Of a stretch of DNA of 32,000 nucleotides, positions 31,648 to 32,000 are shown in pieces. Below the pieces are notes generated by a model. That model worked only from the letters and a program-made list of their open reading frames with translations. It was not told where the DNA came from and made no database searches. The DNA is from Paenibacillus sanfengchensis (lineage in GTDB: Bacteria > Bacillota > Bacilli > Paenibacillales > Paenibacillaceae). The stretch is from positions 340,143 through 372,142 of the forward strand of contig NZ_JBAGJC010000005.1 in assembly GCF_036864765.1 (NCBI RefSeq). Reading direction: 5' to 3'. The stretch's first letter is position 1. Every line of letters begins with the position of its first letter. The position numbers and the translations under genes are program-made.

Positions 31648-32000
31648 ATGAACATGGAGACGAACCGCAACATGGACAAGATCAAAATCGGAATTATCGG
31701 CTGCGGCAAAATCAGCGGCATTTATATGGAAAACTGCCAAAAATTCAGCGTTCTCGATCTGGTCGCCTGCGCGGATTTAAATCCGGAACGCGCCCGGGAG
31801 CAAGCCGCCGCTTACGGCATTCCCCGGGCGTGCACGCCCGAGGAACTGCTGGCCGATCCGGACATCCGGCTCGTGCTGAACCTGACGATCCCGGCCGTGC
31901 ACGCCGAAGTCAGCCTGAGGGCGCTGGAAGCGGGCAAGCATGTTTACGTCGAGAAGCCGCTCGCCATTTCGCTGGAAGACGGGCGGCGGGTGCTCGAGGC
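31648..32000 (+). CDS. Gfo/Idh/MocA family oxidoreductase, N-terminal part (continues beyond the window)
   Basis: The ATG at 31648 lies 9 nt after GGGAGGAG. The translation is MNMETNRNMDKIKIGIIGCGKISGIYMENC...ALEAGKHVYVEKPLAISLEDG, with a Rossmann GxGxxS and the EKP motif. The frame stays open to the window end. Confidence 0.85.
   Translation, partial: MNMETNRNMDKIKIGIIGCGKISGIYMENCQKFSVLDLVACADLNPERAREQAAAYGIPRACTPEELLADPDIRLVLNLTIPAVHAEVSLRALEAGKHVYVEKPLAISLEDGRRVLE

Overview
The window looks like a Bacillota chromosome segment, probably Paenibacillus-like. This is an inference from a T-box-controlled leuS, ywdK-ung synteny, strong GGAGG-type ribosome binding sites (SD), and many AraC/Gfo-Idh-MocA/ThuA sugar genes. 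Left edge: the 3' end of a ProC/ComER-like gene convergent with leuS, the leuS Leu T-box leader, and a divergent tRNA-Pro(CGG). Between tRNA-Pro (3.3 kb) and ywdK-ung (21.3 kb) lie about 18 kb that look accessory, with three parts. (i) A strip of decayed small genes and an AT-rich spacer. (ii) A compact thl-adc-ctfA-ctfB acetone-type operon. (iii) A large minus-strand polymorphic-toxin locus. The toxin locus is the main point of interest. It is a tightly coupled operon encoding a 223-aa unknown, a free VgrG/gp5-like spike protein, a pentapeptide-repeat protein, a 172-aa unknown, a DUF4280 (PAAR-like) protein, and a 1914-aa VgrG-like::Rhs fusion carrying an AT-rich C-terminal toxin. An immunity-like gene follows, then an Rhs scar, an orphan immunity-like gene and an orphan Rhs C-terminal cassette. 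The orphan cassette repeats about 807 bp of the main gene. No sheath, tube, baseplate or secretion ATPase gene is visible, so this is a T6SS-spike-like cassette without an obvious machine in a Gram-positive-type genome. Right part: ung, two AraC regulators, three Gfo/Idh/MocA oxidoreductases, a ThuA-like gene, and an ABC-2 exporter operon whose ATPase carries an apparent 1-nt frameshift. There is also a roughly 1-kb gene-free stretch between convergent genes, filled with hairpins and four copies of a CCTGCA-N4-TGCA palindromic repeat. All family assignments come from reading motifs by eye; no database search was run.
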